A stretch of DNA of 64,000 bases from Dudresnaya verticillata (taxonomy: Eukaryota). The notes under the pieces were generated by a model, which saw only the letters and a list, made by a program, of their open reading frames with translations, was not told the origin of the DNA and did not search any database. Below, one piece after another: positions 23,327 to 36,574 of this stretch (positions are counted from its first letter, which is position 1; each line of letters starts with the position of its first letter). Made by a program: the position numbers and the translations under genes. Location of the stretch: contig OZ374559.1 of NCBI GenBank assembly GCA_977862235.1, positions 1,054,001 through 1,118,000 of the forward strand. The letters run 5' to 3'.

Positions 23327-24170
23327 TGTGGTGCAACGCCAAGGGGCCTCCAAAACGGGCGTAACCGGCCGGGCCAAGTGGGACAGGCAGCCCAATCAGA
23401 AAGATACGTTTGGCCGACCGACGACAGCGCGGCCGAGCGGACGCCGGTGAACATGCGCAAGAGACACACGTGTCCAACAAGTGTACACGTGTGTCACACG
23501 TGGCCACCTACGACACCCAAGCGCACCACGTGGCTCGCTGTACGCGTATGATCGGTGTGATCGGATCTGGAAGCAAGTGCGGAAAGGAAACTGGATTTGG
23601 CCGCAGATGAAATCAAGCAGAAGACAGTGGAAAAATCAAGGGAAAATCTAACTCATTTGGCCAACCACTAACGAACAAGTACTTGGTTTAGACTGGTAAG
23701 GGTACAACATTGGCCCGACACCGGTACACAAGTAGATATTATGGCCGACGGGGAGTAACCTCGGCCACTAACTGTAGAATAGCTCTAGATTAGCTCTAGT
23801 GGCCGATTTTGGGCCTACTTAGACGGCCACAGAGCACGGCTCGGCCAGAATAGGTACGAAGCCGTCCCGCCAGAGGTTGGGAGTAAAGTTTTGCAACTTT
23901 TTCCCAACTCGGCCATTTTCCGCTGCTCATCCAGGTTTTTGGCCGCGACTTCGTCTGCGCACTCCCGCTCTACCACATTTGCTACCGGTGCGCAGGTCCG
24001 TTCTACGTTCGGCCGTTCTTCCACGAAATCCGACAGGTCTTTTTGGGTCCTCTTGGGGTCTCGCCCGGTTGCCGTACGCGGTGGTGCCGTTCGAGATACT
24101 ACACTGGTCTCCCGACCTAGAAGATCAGCTGAGGTTTCGGCCGTATTCCGGGGTTTCGAGTTTGTTGTAT
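23327..24170 (+). mobile_element. 5' LTR of family B (23327-24103) plus PBS, internally deleted
   Basis: TGTGGTG..ATACTACA followed by TGGTCTCCCGACC at 24105. Aligns to 35812-36574. Confidence 0.85.
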
Positions 24171-24281
24171 TAGGCAGTGTAGTAGCATAAATAAATGCTG
24201 ACCTGGAATGTGTCTTTCACTACCCCTTTCGTTACTGCTCCGCCAAGTTCCCGTTTTCTGTTTATCCAGCATTGTGCTGTG

Positions 24282-25189
24282 ATGCCGCGTCTCAGCAAGG
24301 GCTCCAAAGCCGTTCGACTTCTTCGGGCAAAATTTGAAGGAGGGTCGATTTCGAATCAAGATCCCAAAACGGTTTGGCGTCGGAGCCTGTGTTCCAAGAA
24401 CACAAGCTTACCAACTTCCGAACTTGTTTTAATAACGTGAGGAAAGAATATTGTGAAAAAGCACCAGGTACGTTCACTTCGTCTCCCCGCGTCATGTTAT
24501 TTTTGTTAAGCTATCTGCCAGCTGCATTATAATTTTATATGCTAACATGTTTTATTTCAGCTGAAGCGGAAGAAGACAATACAGATATTGAGGGTCTCAA
24601 CCGCCGTTGCAGTGTGGGTACTCCTTCTGCAAAAAAGCGTCGAGCTTCCGAAATATATTCCGAAGACGTTACAGAAGTAGAGGATGGGGGTTCTGGACAA
24701 GGTAGTGAGCTTCTGCAGGGGGCATTTTCGTTCCAGCCACTTTTCCTATTTTCGTTGTGGAATGAGCCCATTACTGGGACTGACTGCGTAACTTTGGGTA
24801 TTAATCTACCTTCTGGAGTCGGACCCGGTGATTTTTCTGTCCGAGTGGTGGATGGCGGTGAGTATGTGGAGCTCACTGTTGTGTGGCCTGAACCGCTCAC
24901 CAACCCGGATATGATGAACAGGAAGTGGCTCAGGTCTGGGGAAATGCAGCTTTATCATCCGAAAATCCTCGGCTTTGAAGCGGCCCTAAAAGAACATCGG
25001 AGACGCTGCTCAGAGAATGTAGAGTCTACGTCACGCATCCCGCTCCCGTTTCCTGTCCAAACGCACATCTACAAAAAACATAACCTGGGCTGGCTGGACT
25101 CTACTGCCAGGATGGTTTATGTTGACTTGAAGGCATTTGTTGAACAGTATGCCGTAATGAAAGATTCCGATGATTTCGAAGTCTTATGA
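24282..25189 (+). pseudogene. ORF2 of PHIS-2, with intron 24468-24560 and a frameshift near 24377
   Basis: ATG at 24282. GTACGT..CTAAC..TTTCAG intron in phase 1. Exon 2 is open to 25189. Confidence 0.75.
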
Positions 25190-26223
25190 AGTGGGGTCTG
25201 GCGCATTCGGTAGAACTATAAATTCTTTGAGTACGTACTCACAAGCAAGCTTTACCCACAATGCTGGGTAAAGTACATTGCATATGTTTGTCCCCATGTA
25301 TTCCAACGTAACCGACCAATTCAAGAAGAAAGCGTTAAGCAATATTGTGCGCCCGGAGTTAGACAGCGGAGTGAGCGCCAGGATGTAGATACTGTAGCAG
25401 TGCCGCCACAAGATAGAGAAATCACCCTAAAGTTTGAAGTGGAACAACAACTGTTGGAGTGGTCCAAAAAACTGTTGACCTGCCGATTAGTTTTAATTGT
25501 ACAATAGCTACTTTCCATTTTTCCCGAGCCGCCCAGTATCCCTAGTCGCCACCGCCGCGGCGCCGCCGCCGGCGGTTGGACTTAAGGGGCTAGGACAGAC
25601 CTCGTACAGTAAACCCAACTAAGCTTCGGCTCCACACTTAGGTTACTCCCTACCTCCGTGCGCTTGGCGAGTGAAGCCATCGCGGAGCTGGGCTACGTAT
25701 GCCTGTGGTACTGACACCTTTTCTACCTTCGTGTTCACACGCTTGTTGTGCCGGTGCCCCACTTTCTGGCTCACTGCGTGCTCACACGGGCTTTGGTGTG
25801 TGTTTACAGTCCGCACACTGGGGCCTTCCCCTTGCTCTACCCTACCACGCACCGACGCGCTCACACGCGTCACTGCGGCTACCCTCCCACGTCGGACTCA
25901 TGGGTTGTGTTGGTTGCGACCCTCATTCGGAGTATTGCACTACAGTAATTATTAATCTAATCGTGGTGTAGTGAGAGGCACACCTGTAGGTAGAGCTGAT
26001 CATGCAATCCCAATAAGGAGTGATCTCACACGGCACCGGGGTGGTAGAGCTTAGTTCATAGACAGAAGGGAGTACCACGAGCGGCAACACCTGTAAGGAG
26101 TAAAGGTGTGGTGCAAACGTCTGTTGACAAGCTGCAACCCTGGATCGTTCGAAGTCCAGTGGGTAGCCGCGGATGGCGGGGAAGGGGTGGTAGAGCTGAA
26201 AGGAACTCGCTAAAAGCGAACTG

Positions 26224-27066
26224 TGCGGTATAGACGCTATCCGCGAAACGACACCGTGGTCTACGTGAAAATAATCGAGAAACACGAATTTCGAAGTGAC
26301 TCCGTGAATGCGCATGCCACGATGGCAAACGTATTACAGTGCGCATACTGTGCGCGCGCCACGATGGCATTCGCATTACAGCACGCACGCGATACGAAAT
26401 CGCTGACACCTCCGGACGAATCCCGAGCTGACTTCGTGATCGCGCGCGCCACCTTGGCATTCGCATTACAGTGCGCCCCCGATACGAAATCGCTGGCACC
26501 TTCGTGACTTTCCCGTTGTTTCCCGCTCGTAACGGCACCGGGGCCCACGAGACACGCGCGCCTCCGTATGCATCGCTGGCCCTCTTCGTAACCGCCACCA
26601 TACGTGAGGCGACCGTTCGTTGGCACCGAGGCCGTTACGAATCATTCGAGTACGAACCGTCTCCCGCGTTGACGTGTATTCGTGCTCATGTAGTATTACT
26701 TAGCCAGTCGTCTGGCACAACCTCCAAGGGTTTCCGGTAAGCGACTAGCGCCCGGACCTCGGAGTCTTCGGTAAACGCCTGTTTCTTCGAGTTTGGTGTC
26801 TTCATCTTCGTGACCGCGGATGCGGTCGAGCCTCGCTTTCGATAGCCCCGCGCACCCGGAGTCATCCCCAGTGATCGATCGCTCGAGTTCTCCCTTCCGC
26901 ACACGAATACGTTGACACCGTGGTCCTTCGTGTTGGTCGCTCCGCTCTACCACGCTACCACCCCTTTTCGTTTCTCCGTTAGGCTACGAGGCCATTCGTT
27001 AGGCTCCGAGGCCATTCCTTACAGTGCGAGACTTCCCCGCGTCACCGTGGACTTCGTTATACCAGA
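26224..27066 (+). mobile_element. Solo LTR, family C, copy 1
   Basis: TGCGGTATA..TATACCAGA, TSD AACTG. Aligns to 42695 and 49593. Confidence 0.9.
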
Positions 27067-27817
27067 AACTGTAAACGCTGTAGTGCAACATCCAAAAACG
27101 GGGATTGCCCCAACCGTGTTCGACGCGGTCTCCTACGGCTAGGTAGGAGGCGCCATGCGGTGAGGCGGACGCCTGTGTGGTGTGTAATACAGTGAAAGGC
27201 TTACAGAAGGGGGCCCTCTGCCCTCGTGTATGCGCTGAAATAGCATTACCTATAGGGCGCCAACAGGGACAAGACGGGCAGACTATGATTGGTCCAAGTG
27301 TCACCCAGTAGGTCAGTAGCTTAGTATCTGTCTATTTATTTTAGAAATTATAGCTTAGGATAGGCGGCGTGTATATAGCCCAGTATGAGGGGTGCTGCCG
27401 GACAGTCGGAGTACCATATAAGGGTATCTCCCGTAGCGGTCATTGTACAGTAAAGGTAAGCACCTTCCGGCCCCAACTACGTCACCAAGCTATCGGCACC
27501 GCAGCACACCTGTCACCCGTGCCCGATTAACCGCCCGCCCAGTGAACTACCTTCAGTATCGTGCTTCCAATAAAGTTACGTTCCCTCGTCTACCCTCTGG
27601 GTTCCTCCCGCTCTACCACCGCTACCAGGTACCCGCTCTGTGGCTTTCTCATTGAGTGCACTCTTTGAGTTCACAAGAGACCTAAAAGGTACTTCCTTAC
27701 ATCTGGTCTCCCGACCTAGAACCATCAAGGTTGGTGAGCCGTTAAGAGGACGACGAATATCGTAACCCAATTGGATATTGAAGAAAATCAACCCACCAAG
27801 GCCCCTGTTACTCCAAG

Positions 27818-29942
27818 ATGTCAACTCACTCTCCACACTCTCAATGTAGTTCCCGTAGTGGTCAGAAGGCAGAGCAGACCCCATTGGTCTCCACAGTTGA
27901 GGACCCGGAGTCTTTGCTCCACCCTCCGAGAATTCCTGGAGTAGAACAAGTGGAACCGCCTGGTCAAGCATCCGCCAATCCCGTAACAGGTAAACCCTCA
28001 GCAGGTCCTTCGAAAGAAGTCGCAAGGCAGCCCCCGCTATATTCCAACCGTAACCATTGGGTCAATACTGATCTGATGCCCCGTCTGATCAACTGGCTAC
28101 ATGACAAGTTGACCCTTCGGTTACCTCAAACGGTTGAACCACTAGTGGGACACTTTCTAGAAGAACAAGGTCCAAGGACACTCTCAGAGTTTGCCGCCAC
28201 GGCTACTGACAAGGTAGTCCAGTTATGGGCCACTCAGCCGGACAGTAGTCCAATCTATGGGATGCTTACCGAAATGGTTCCCCCGTTGGTTGCTCAGTCT
28301 CTCGAGGATTTTGGGCAAGCAGCGGACCCTTCAACTGGACCAAAGTCTATACTCACAGGAGAAACCAAAGTGGAAAATGAGGAGCATGATGTCGTCCCTC
28401 CTGGCATCGTTCTACCAACCGAAACTGGTGATACAAGTAAGAAACCCGAAGGGGGTTTGTCGGACTCCGAAGGTGGTAAGAGTAACCGACACGGATCTGC
28501 GTCCAATAAGTCTAAAAAGAAGAAGAAGAAGGACAAACAAAAGAAAATAAGAAGAAAAATTACTCATCTGAGTCTGACTCATCGTCAGTTTCCTCAGATG
28601 GTTCAAGTTCGGATGATTCATCCGAGGATGACCGACAGCGTCGTCGCCGGTCGTCTAAACCTACAAGGGTCAGGAGGATTAAACCCCTCAATGACCTACT
28701 TACCAGAGTGGTTATCTTTCAAAATTACCGATTGGATAACCGCTCAAGGCTTTACTCCTCGAGAATCTCTCGGAAAGTAAATACCTACTACAAGAGGATG
28801 GCTATTGAGATGCCACCCTCTCGTTTCTCGGGGGTAGACCCGATTAACTTTTTGGGTTTCCTTGCAAGGTTCATGGATGCCTGTAATCACAATGATGTTC
28901 ACGAAGGAGCAGCCGTTTGGTTACTACAATACTTTATGACAGGAACCGCCAGAGACAACCTTCAGGCGAGGTTACAGACAAGAACCAGTATGGTCATGGA
29001 CTCCGAAGATGAGGGGGATTTGTTAACAACGTACCCCGAAGTGGTTAATTACCTTTTGGAAACTTATGCCACCGATGAGGTTATTGCGCAAGCCTATGCT
29101 GACGTGATCTCGTTGCGACAAGCAGAAGGAAAAACGGAACGGGACTTCGCAGAGTTAGTGAGAGCCAGAGCTCGCCGATGCGGGTCGGTGTTTACAGAAC
29201 ACCGCCTCAAGGCGATCTTCGTGGATGGGCTCCTCCCGAGTATCCGTGCACCGGTTCGTACCCGGTTGGCTTCTTCAAAGAGTTTATCCTATACTCAGAT
29301 TTAATCTGTTTGTAATTTACACAATATGCACAAGACCTTGGGGAAGCTCATAGAAGTACACGTGGGACGACAAACCTAAAGGGAAAAAGGGGAGTGATCC
29401 CCGTCGCCGCAGTTAGCTTCGAGAAACCACCATCTCACTCCGTGAGTACGTCGACTGCTACCTCCGAGGGTTTACCAGGAATGGAATACATTCATGAGGA
29501 GGAGATTTTCCAACTCGGTGAAGATTTATCCACCCAGTCTATGGCTCCCGCGTCTTCAATAACCACAGTGGGATCCCGAGATGGTGCGCCGATACGAGCA
29601 TGCTGTATCTGTGCTATTCCGGACCATATGGCACATGAATTTCCATTGGTAACCCCCGCTGTTCGCTCTGGCATAATTGCTTCCCGAAGGCAGAACCTCT
29701 ATGGGTTAGCCCCGGCCCGAGCCATGCAAGGTAACCGACAAGGTAACCCCGGGACCTCCTCCTCAACAGGTCATACGGGCCCTACCCAGGCTAGACGCAC
29801 GGGAGCACCCTCAGTGGAGCCCTCAAAGTCAGTTCAAGGAGTTACCATTGCGAAAACGTGGAGGAGGAGGCATAAAGACGCATGCCCCCTCCCCAAATAT
29901 GCGCCCTCCAGAACCTGTGTTGTGACCCGACACGATGGATAA
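27818..29942 (+). pseudogene. gag: gag of gypsy-1
   Basis: RFSGVDPINFLGFL..EGAAVWLLQYF..YPEVVNYLLETYA..FVDGL, and a degenerate knuckle CCICAIPDHMAHEF. Frameshifts and stops present. Confidence 0.85.
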
Positions 29943-32626
29943 CCCGGAGGGTGATGATTATGATGAAGTATGTTTACTTAAGAAGCAAAACTACAAAGTG
30001 GATCTATCGTTAGGGGTCTGGTCATCTCAGATGATATCCGCAAGGGGCGTGATCGATTCTGGCGTCGGACCCAATCTGGTTCATGCTAAAATGTTACCTA
30101 ATGGTTGGGAAAAGCGAGCCAAACCCTATAATGAAACCACGCGTAGCATCGTCAACGCTTCTAATAATCGAATATTACCTCTAGGAGTCATCCCCTTATA
30201 TGTCCGTGTCGGTAATCTCTACACGAAGACCCATTTTCTGGATCGTGCTAATATGCCAGCCGAAGTTATACTCGGTACAGCCTTTATCGATCGACATATC
30301 ACAGCCATCATGCCTGGACCCCGAATGTTACTCTTGAAGGCTGCTCCAGCAGTACCTATCCTCGGTGTTTCCATGGGAGGAAGTACTGTTACCGACGATA
30401 AACAACCAACAGATTCTACCAAAGTGAGATTGGCCAAAGACTGCTCATACCTCCAAGTTCACGCTCATTTGTGCCGGTGAGAACAAGCGCACCTGGATTA
30501 TGCCTGGTTCATAATACCCCACGGTCACTACACAAGTCGTTAACCATAATGTCAAACGGTATCAGGGATATCCTTCCGCTGGGAGTTTTTCCTGTACTAA
30601 TAACCAATTTTGGTGATCGCCCTGCTCGACAAAAAAATCTCAAGTAATAGGCCATGCGTTGCCAAGACCTGATCAGGTTTTGAGTATTGGTACTCTACAA
30701 GAGAATAAACAGTCGGATACCCAGGAGGTGAAATCAAAAGCGGAACCCAGTTGGGAAGACACTGTCGGTGTCGAAGACAGTACTTCCCGATCCCAAATTA
30801 TGGATTTATTTCAAGAGTATCAAGAAATGTGGTCAGGCCAACTGGGTGCCATTAAGGCTACTCATCACAGGATTGAGTTGATGGAAGGAGGGAAATCCAT
30901 CTATCGACACCCTTATAGGGCCGTCCCTAAAGCTCGAGAAGCTGAAAAGACGGAAGTACAACGAATGTTACGCGAAGGCGTTTTTGAACCCTCAGGGCAG
31001 AATGGGCCAGCACTGTGGTCCTTGTGTCGAAACCTAACGGGTCTTTGCGCTTTTGCGTCGACTATCGCCGGCTGAATAGTATTACTCGGAGAGATTCATA
31101 TCCGTTACCTCGAATGGACGAATTTATTGACTCACTGGGAGATGCTAAGGTATTCACGACGCTCGACTGTAACAGTGGCTATTGGCAAGTGGAAGTCGAT
31201 CCCGACGATCGCGAAAAACAACGTTCACTTGCCACGAAGGGTTATACCGTTTTTTCAGGATGCCATTTGGTCTCAAGAATGCGCCCGCCACATTCCAACG
31301 AGCAGTCGACATTATACTGTCCCGGTGCAAGTGGCAATACGCTTTGGTTTATCTCGATGACGCTATCGTTTACTCTCGGAGTATCCAGAACCACTTCCAC
31401 TATTTACGCACTGTACTCGATCTACTCCGAACCGCTGGGGTTTCTCTTAAGTTGTCTAAGTGCAAGTTCTTCAAAGCTTCCGTCGATTACCTCGGACATA
31501 TAATACGTCCCGGAAAGCTTGAGGTAGCCTCTAAGAACGTTACAGCCCTACGAAAAGCGAAAACTCCCACGGATCAAACCGAGCTACGGTCATTTCTTGG
31601 GGTATGTAATGTCTATCGACGTTTCGTCCCCAATTATGCACGGATTGCGTCTCCCCTCTCCAGGAAACTTCGAAAAGATCAACCCTTCACTTTTGAGTCA
31701 CTGACCGAAGACGAGTACGACGCTTTCGACGATCTCAGGCGTCTTCTTTTAACCGCACCCATATTGGATTTACCTCGAAAGGGATTCCGTTATTACGTTG
31801 ACACCAATGCGTGCGACCTTCAGGTTGGCTGTTGCTTACTTCAAGAAAACGAACAAGGGGACAAGCTACCTATTGGTTATTCGAGTCGCACAATTAATTC
31901 CGCAGAGCGCAGCTATTCGGCCACCGAACGGGAATGTCTCGCCGTAGTATGGAGTCTTTTAACCCTCAGACCTCACCTCGAAGGCGACCGCTTTACGGTT
32001 AGAACCGACCACGAACCCCTTCAGTGGTTGTTAAACCTCTCGGATGTATTAGGTCGCCTTGCCCGTTGGCGCTTAAGACTCTCGGAGTTCGACTTTCTAG
32101 TCACCTACAATCCTGAACGGGGACATCATTTGGCTGACACCATGTCACGGTTTTCGGCTCCAGGGAGTGACCAAACGCCATTAGATGATGACATCCCCTG
32201 TTTTACCCTCGCGGTTGAAAATAGCGCTCCGGGTCAGCTCAGTTTACCTAGCGTCCGTGACTTGGCAAACCAAAAGAGTTTACCCCGCCAGGTTAGTAAG
32301 CAAGAACTTCTCGAGGCACAATCAACGGATGCGTATTGCCAACAGATGGCTAACCAAGTTGGTATCGCTGGATCCCAATTCCAGTGGGACCACAATGGTT
32401 TTCTAATCCGCCAAGCGACACTCGACGGAGCTGGACACCCTGGTGGTTCAAGAATGTATTATACCCTCCGGTGACAGTTTTATTGGCCATATATGGCTAA
32501 TGAGGCGTATGCCGTAGTGGGTGACTGTACTAAGTGTGTCCAAAATCGGGGTACCATACGGAGACATCAGAACTACCTTAAGTTCTTTCCAGCCGCTGCC
32601 CCACTGGAATTCATTGCTATGGACGG
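29935..32626 (+). pseudogene. pol: pol of gypsy-1 (protease, RT, RNase H, integrase N-terminus only)
   Basis: IDSG protease, LRFCVDYRRLN..YPLPR, MPFGLKNAPATFQR, YLDD, RNase H YSATERECLA..TDH. The integrase breaks off after APLEFIAMD. Confidence 0.95.
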
Positions 32627-32864
32627 GAACGTTTCTCAACCGACTCCTCGAAGTCAGCCGAACGGGAAGACGCACGGCGACGGGGTTGGAAAGGAGACCC
32701 CCGACGAGTCTCCGCTGGCGTAGTAACTCTAGGAGTCGCCTCGCGCAGCGCCGCTCGACTCACTGCCTCCACAGGAGAAGCCACATTGGTAGTGACCCCG
32801 GTAGGAAGGGGCTGCGTTACCTGCTAGGTAGAAGAGCCAGCTGGAGCCTCCTTGGGCTGCTCCC

Positions 32865-34841
32865 TCATAACCACGTTGGTAATGTCCGCCGGAGCAGCGG
32901 ATTGATTCTCAGCTCCCTGAGCAGGCCCGGCGATGCCACAGCCAAAGGGTCACCCGGTTGGTAGTTCACCACTTGGGTAAGTGAACCGGCCGCACCACTG
33001 GCTAGAGTCCTCGGCTGGAGATCGCTCTTGCGCAATACCTCTCGGGTGAACTTGTTGCAAGAAGTAACGAAACTCGTGGAGTTCTGCGGCATCGCAGCCG
33101 CCATACTCGCAAGAGACGCCCTGAGGTTTGCTACTTCGGTTCCCAAACGGTCCCTCGTCGCCATGTGGGTACCCAGTTGGTTCACTTGGAAGTTCCCCAT
33201 CTGGGCCACCTCCAGAAGTAGCCAAGTCAGGAGTGCCTCCTTCGACACCCACTCCCGAGCGGCGTCCAGAGCATCCTCTAAGGTAGCCGGTACCGGTATT
33301 TTCGCAGCGCGATACGCCTCTTGAAGTGGCCCAACCCGAAGGTGAACCGAGGCAGGTAGAGTCGTTCTGGATGGGGCCGTCGCTGTACCAGAGGGACCAC
33401 TCGGTGAAACCAATGGGTTAGCTCGCCGAGTCGCTGCCTCAGGAGTTACCATAGGGGGTATGCAAGCGGAGGTTACCCGCGCGGGTGTCGCCGGATGCGC
33501 CTCACGCATTTGCGTTACTGGGTCCGCTGCCGCTTGTGGGTTTGGAGTCCCTGGACGCGCCCCAAGGCCCCGGCGCGCGGTCCTCGCTCGAGTCGCATGC
33601 CCTGAAGACTCACGCGCCCTGTCGGGGTAACCACTATAGGTTGGCGCCACCTCTTCTTCGACCACTTGGTTTCTATCAGAGTTCGGCTCCATGTTGCCCC
33701 AGCCACGACCTATACTCTCTGCCTCCTCAAAGGAGTGAAGCGGCGGACCAGGACGGTTATCGACGGTGTGTCGCCTACCAAATCGGTCCACCACTTCGGA
33801 AACCTCCGGGTCATACGCGACCCAAACCTCGCCGGCGGCCCCCTTGAAGGTCTCGGATGTGGTTAGAAGTCCCGCCAAATCGTCACCCACAAAGGTACTA
33901 CCCCCACAAATGAGGTCAACCCCAAGGGTGCGGATTGACTCGATGAGTGTCTTGGATAAGCGAAAGAGGCGACCATCTGGTAGACCATCTTGGGCATGGT
34001 AACCAGCTTCAGTATAGGGTGTTGAGTCCCACATACCAAAACAGGCTGCCTGAAGAAATGCCAGTGCTACGTGGAGTACCTGCTCGGTTTTGGCGATTGA
34101 CCACACTGGGTAATACCACTTCGCCGCGGAGTCACGCGCATGGGCGCCGAAGTACGAGAGCTCTCCCGGAGTTAACGACGGCAAGGAGCGCGGACCTTCG
34201 ATGGCGTGCCACCAGCTGGGTTTCTTCACGTAGTGATCACGACGCCGACCCATGGGGATATTACACATTTCGACGTTGTGAAACCCCGCTCGGAGACCAT
34301 TAGTACGGTTGCGAATGCGCGTCTCCGTCCAAATGTCCACCGCCCACCGCTCGGTTAACCACCACAGGTCGGGAAAAGGCTTCGACTCCAGGAGTGACTC
34401 AGGAAGTAACTTGATATCGTTCACCCATTGGTTTCCCTCAAGGAAGCGGTAGAGCGAGCGGACGTAGTCTTCTTCGAACCCGAAGCGCAACCACTTGAGG
34501 TCACTACCGTAGTGAAACGGAATCAGGACGCTCGGCGGGCAGTGACGCAAACGCGCGACCCACCGGTTCTCGCGCTTACCTTCGGGGATCGCCCGGAAGC
34601 GTTAGGTGTCCGGATTGGCGTCCACGAGGTAACTTCGGAGTTGAAACTGCTCCAGCACCTCCTGATTGGAAAACGCCGACAACCCTCCATGGCCACCCAT
34701 GGGAGAAGACTGTGCCATCGCGGCGTAGTAACCTCCGCGGCTTACGCAAGGCGTGACTGGAAAGACAACGTCAGGGTTGGAGAGACGACGGCGACGGGGT
34801 GCCGAGCGGCGTGGTGTTGGTTGCGATTGACGTGGGACCAT
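32865..34841 (-). CDS. Extra antisense ORF inside gypsy-1 (unknown function; one internal stop)
   Basis: ORFs 34602..34841 (ATG) and 32865..34550 share a frame and are separated only by TAA at 34602-34604. Confidence 0.75.
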
Positions 34842-35811
34842 GTTGGAAAACCTGTGAGGTGATGATGCAGCGGAAGAGAAGTACTGCTGCGCGCGGGATC
34901 GATTGCGGGCCGACGACGGTCATGGGAGTTGAGCCGTCTGGATACCAAACGGTTATTATTTCGCGCGAAACACGTGCAGACTGCCCTGGCGTCCCGAGGA
35001 CGTGCCTCAATCTCGGGGGGAGCTCTGTAATACAGTGCAGGGCTTACAGAAGTGGGCGCTCTGCCCTCGTGTATGCGCTGAAATAGCGTTACCTATAGGG
35101 CGCCACAGGGACAAGACGGGCCGTCTATGATTGGTCCAAGTGTCACCCAGTAGGTCAGTAGCTTAGTATCTGTCTATTTATTTTAGAAATTATCGCTTAG
35201 GATAGGCGGCGTGTATATAGCCCAGTATGAGGGGTGCTGCCTGACAGTCAGAGTACCATATAGGGGTATCTCCCGTAGCGGTCATTGTAAAGTAAAGGTA
35301 AGCACCTTCCGGCCCCAACTACGTCTCCAAGCTATCGGCACTGCAGCATACCTGTCACCCGTGCCCGGTTAACCGCCCGCCCAGCGAACTACCTTCAGTA
35401 TCGTGCTTCCAATAAAGTTACGTGCCCTCGTCTACCCTCTGGGTTCCTCCCGTTCTACCACCGCTACCAGGAACCCGCTCTGTGGCTTTCTCAATGAGTG
35501 CACTCTTTGAGTTCACAAGAGGCCTAAAAGGCACTTCCTTACATGGTGGTAGAGCAGCCGAGACACGGGGTGTGCCCCGGGGATAGTGTGACCGGGGTCG
35601 ACTGTAAACCCCCGATCCACCTGAAGTACCGTAGTGCATGTAAACGTAGCGATGGCGATACACGCCAGTAGGATGGCGCGGAAGAGGGGCTCAGAACAGG
35701 GTAGGTAGCCCGAGCTGCGTGTGGTGGTGATACCGGAAGCAAAATCCGGGGTATCCTCAGGTTCAGAGACCAACTTGGCGCTTTACTGTGAGAGGGGTTC
35801 ACCCCGTATAC

Positions 35812-36574
35812 TGTGGTGCAACGGGAAGGGGGCCACCGAAAGGAAGCAACTCGACGGGCCAACTGTACGATCGGCCCAACCAAACGAAGACACTTGGCCA
35901 ATGGAGTCGTGACGTCGGCGCGCGGACGGCGGTGAGCGCGCACAAGTATGAAACCTGGCCACCGATTGTACACCTGGCTCACGCGTGGCCACCTACGACA
36001 CCGAAGCGCACCACGTGGCCAGCTGTACACGTATGATCCGATTTGCGGCCAGACACAAATTGAAATTGGATTTGGCCGCAAGGTGAATCAAAGGGAGGAC
36101 AGTGGAAAAATCAAGGGAAAATCTAACTCACATGGCCAACCATTAACGCACAAGTACTTGGTTTAGTCTCGCAAGGGCCTTACATTGGCCCGACGCCGGA
36201 ACACAAGTAGATATTATGGCCGACAGGGGTAACCTCGGCCACTAACTGTAGAATAGCTCTAGATTTGCTCAGGTGGCCGATTTTGGGACTACTTAGCTGG
36301 CCACATACTACGGCTTAGCCGAAAAAGATACGAAACCGTCCCGCCAGAGGTTGGGAGTAAAGTTAGCAACTGAACCCCCGACTTGGCCATTTTCTGTCCT
36401 CATCACAGATTCTGGCCACGACTTCGTCTGCGCGCTCCCGCTCTACCACGCTTGCTACCGGCGCGCAGGTCCGCTCTACGTTCTGGCCAGTTTTAGTGAA
36501 ATCCGACAGGTCTTTTTGGTCTTCTTGGAGTCTGGTTTGGCCGCCGCACTCGGTGGTGTTCTAGAGATACTACA
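35812..36574 (+). mobile_element. Solo LTR, family B
   Basis: TGTGGTG..ATACTACA. Flanks TATAC/TACAC (4/5 match). Confidence 0.85.

Larger units (their letters stand above)
22072..25533 (-). mobile_element. PHIS DNA transposon 2 (CAG TSD; NuwaI-like)
   Basis: TIR GGCGGCTCGGGAAA at both ends. CAG duplicated at 22069-22071 and 25534-25536. Transposase and ORF2 are divergent. Confidence 0.88.
21711..25944 (+). mobile_element. Solo LTR (~770 bp) split by PHIS-2
   Basis: Termini TGTGGTGCAA..TTGCACTACA. Flanks GTAGT/GTAAT (4/5 TSD match). Confidence 0.75.
27183..35543 (+). mobile_element. Ty3/gypsy LTR retrotransposon 1 (both LTRs present, defective)
   Basis: LTRs 27183-27701 and 35026-35543 (~95% identical by manual count), TSD TGGTG, PBS at 27704, PPT at 35015-35022, gag-PR-RT-RH-IN order. 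Confidence 0.97.
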
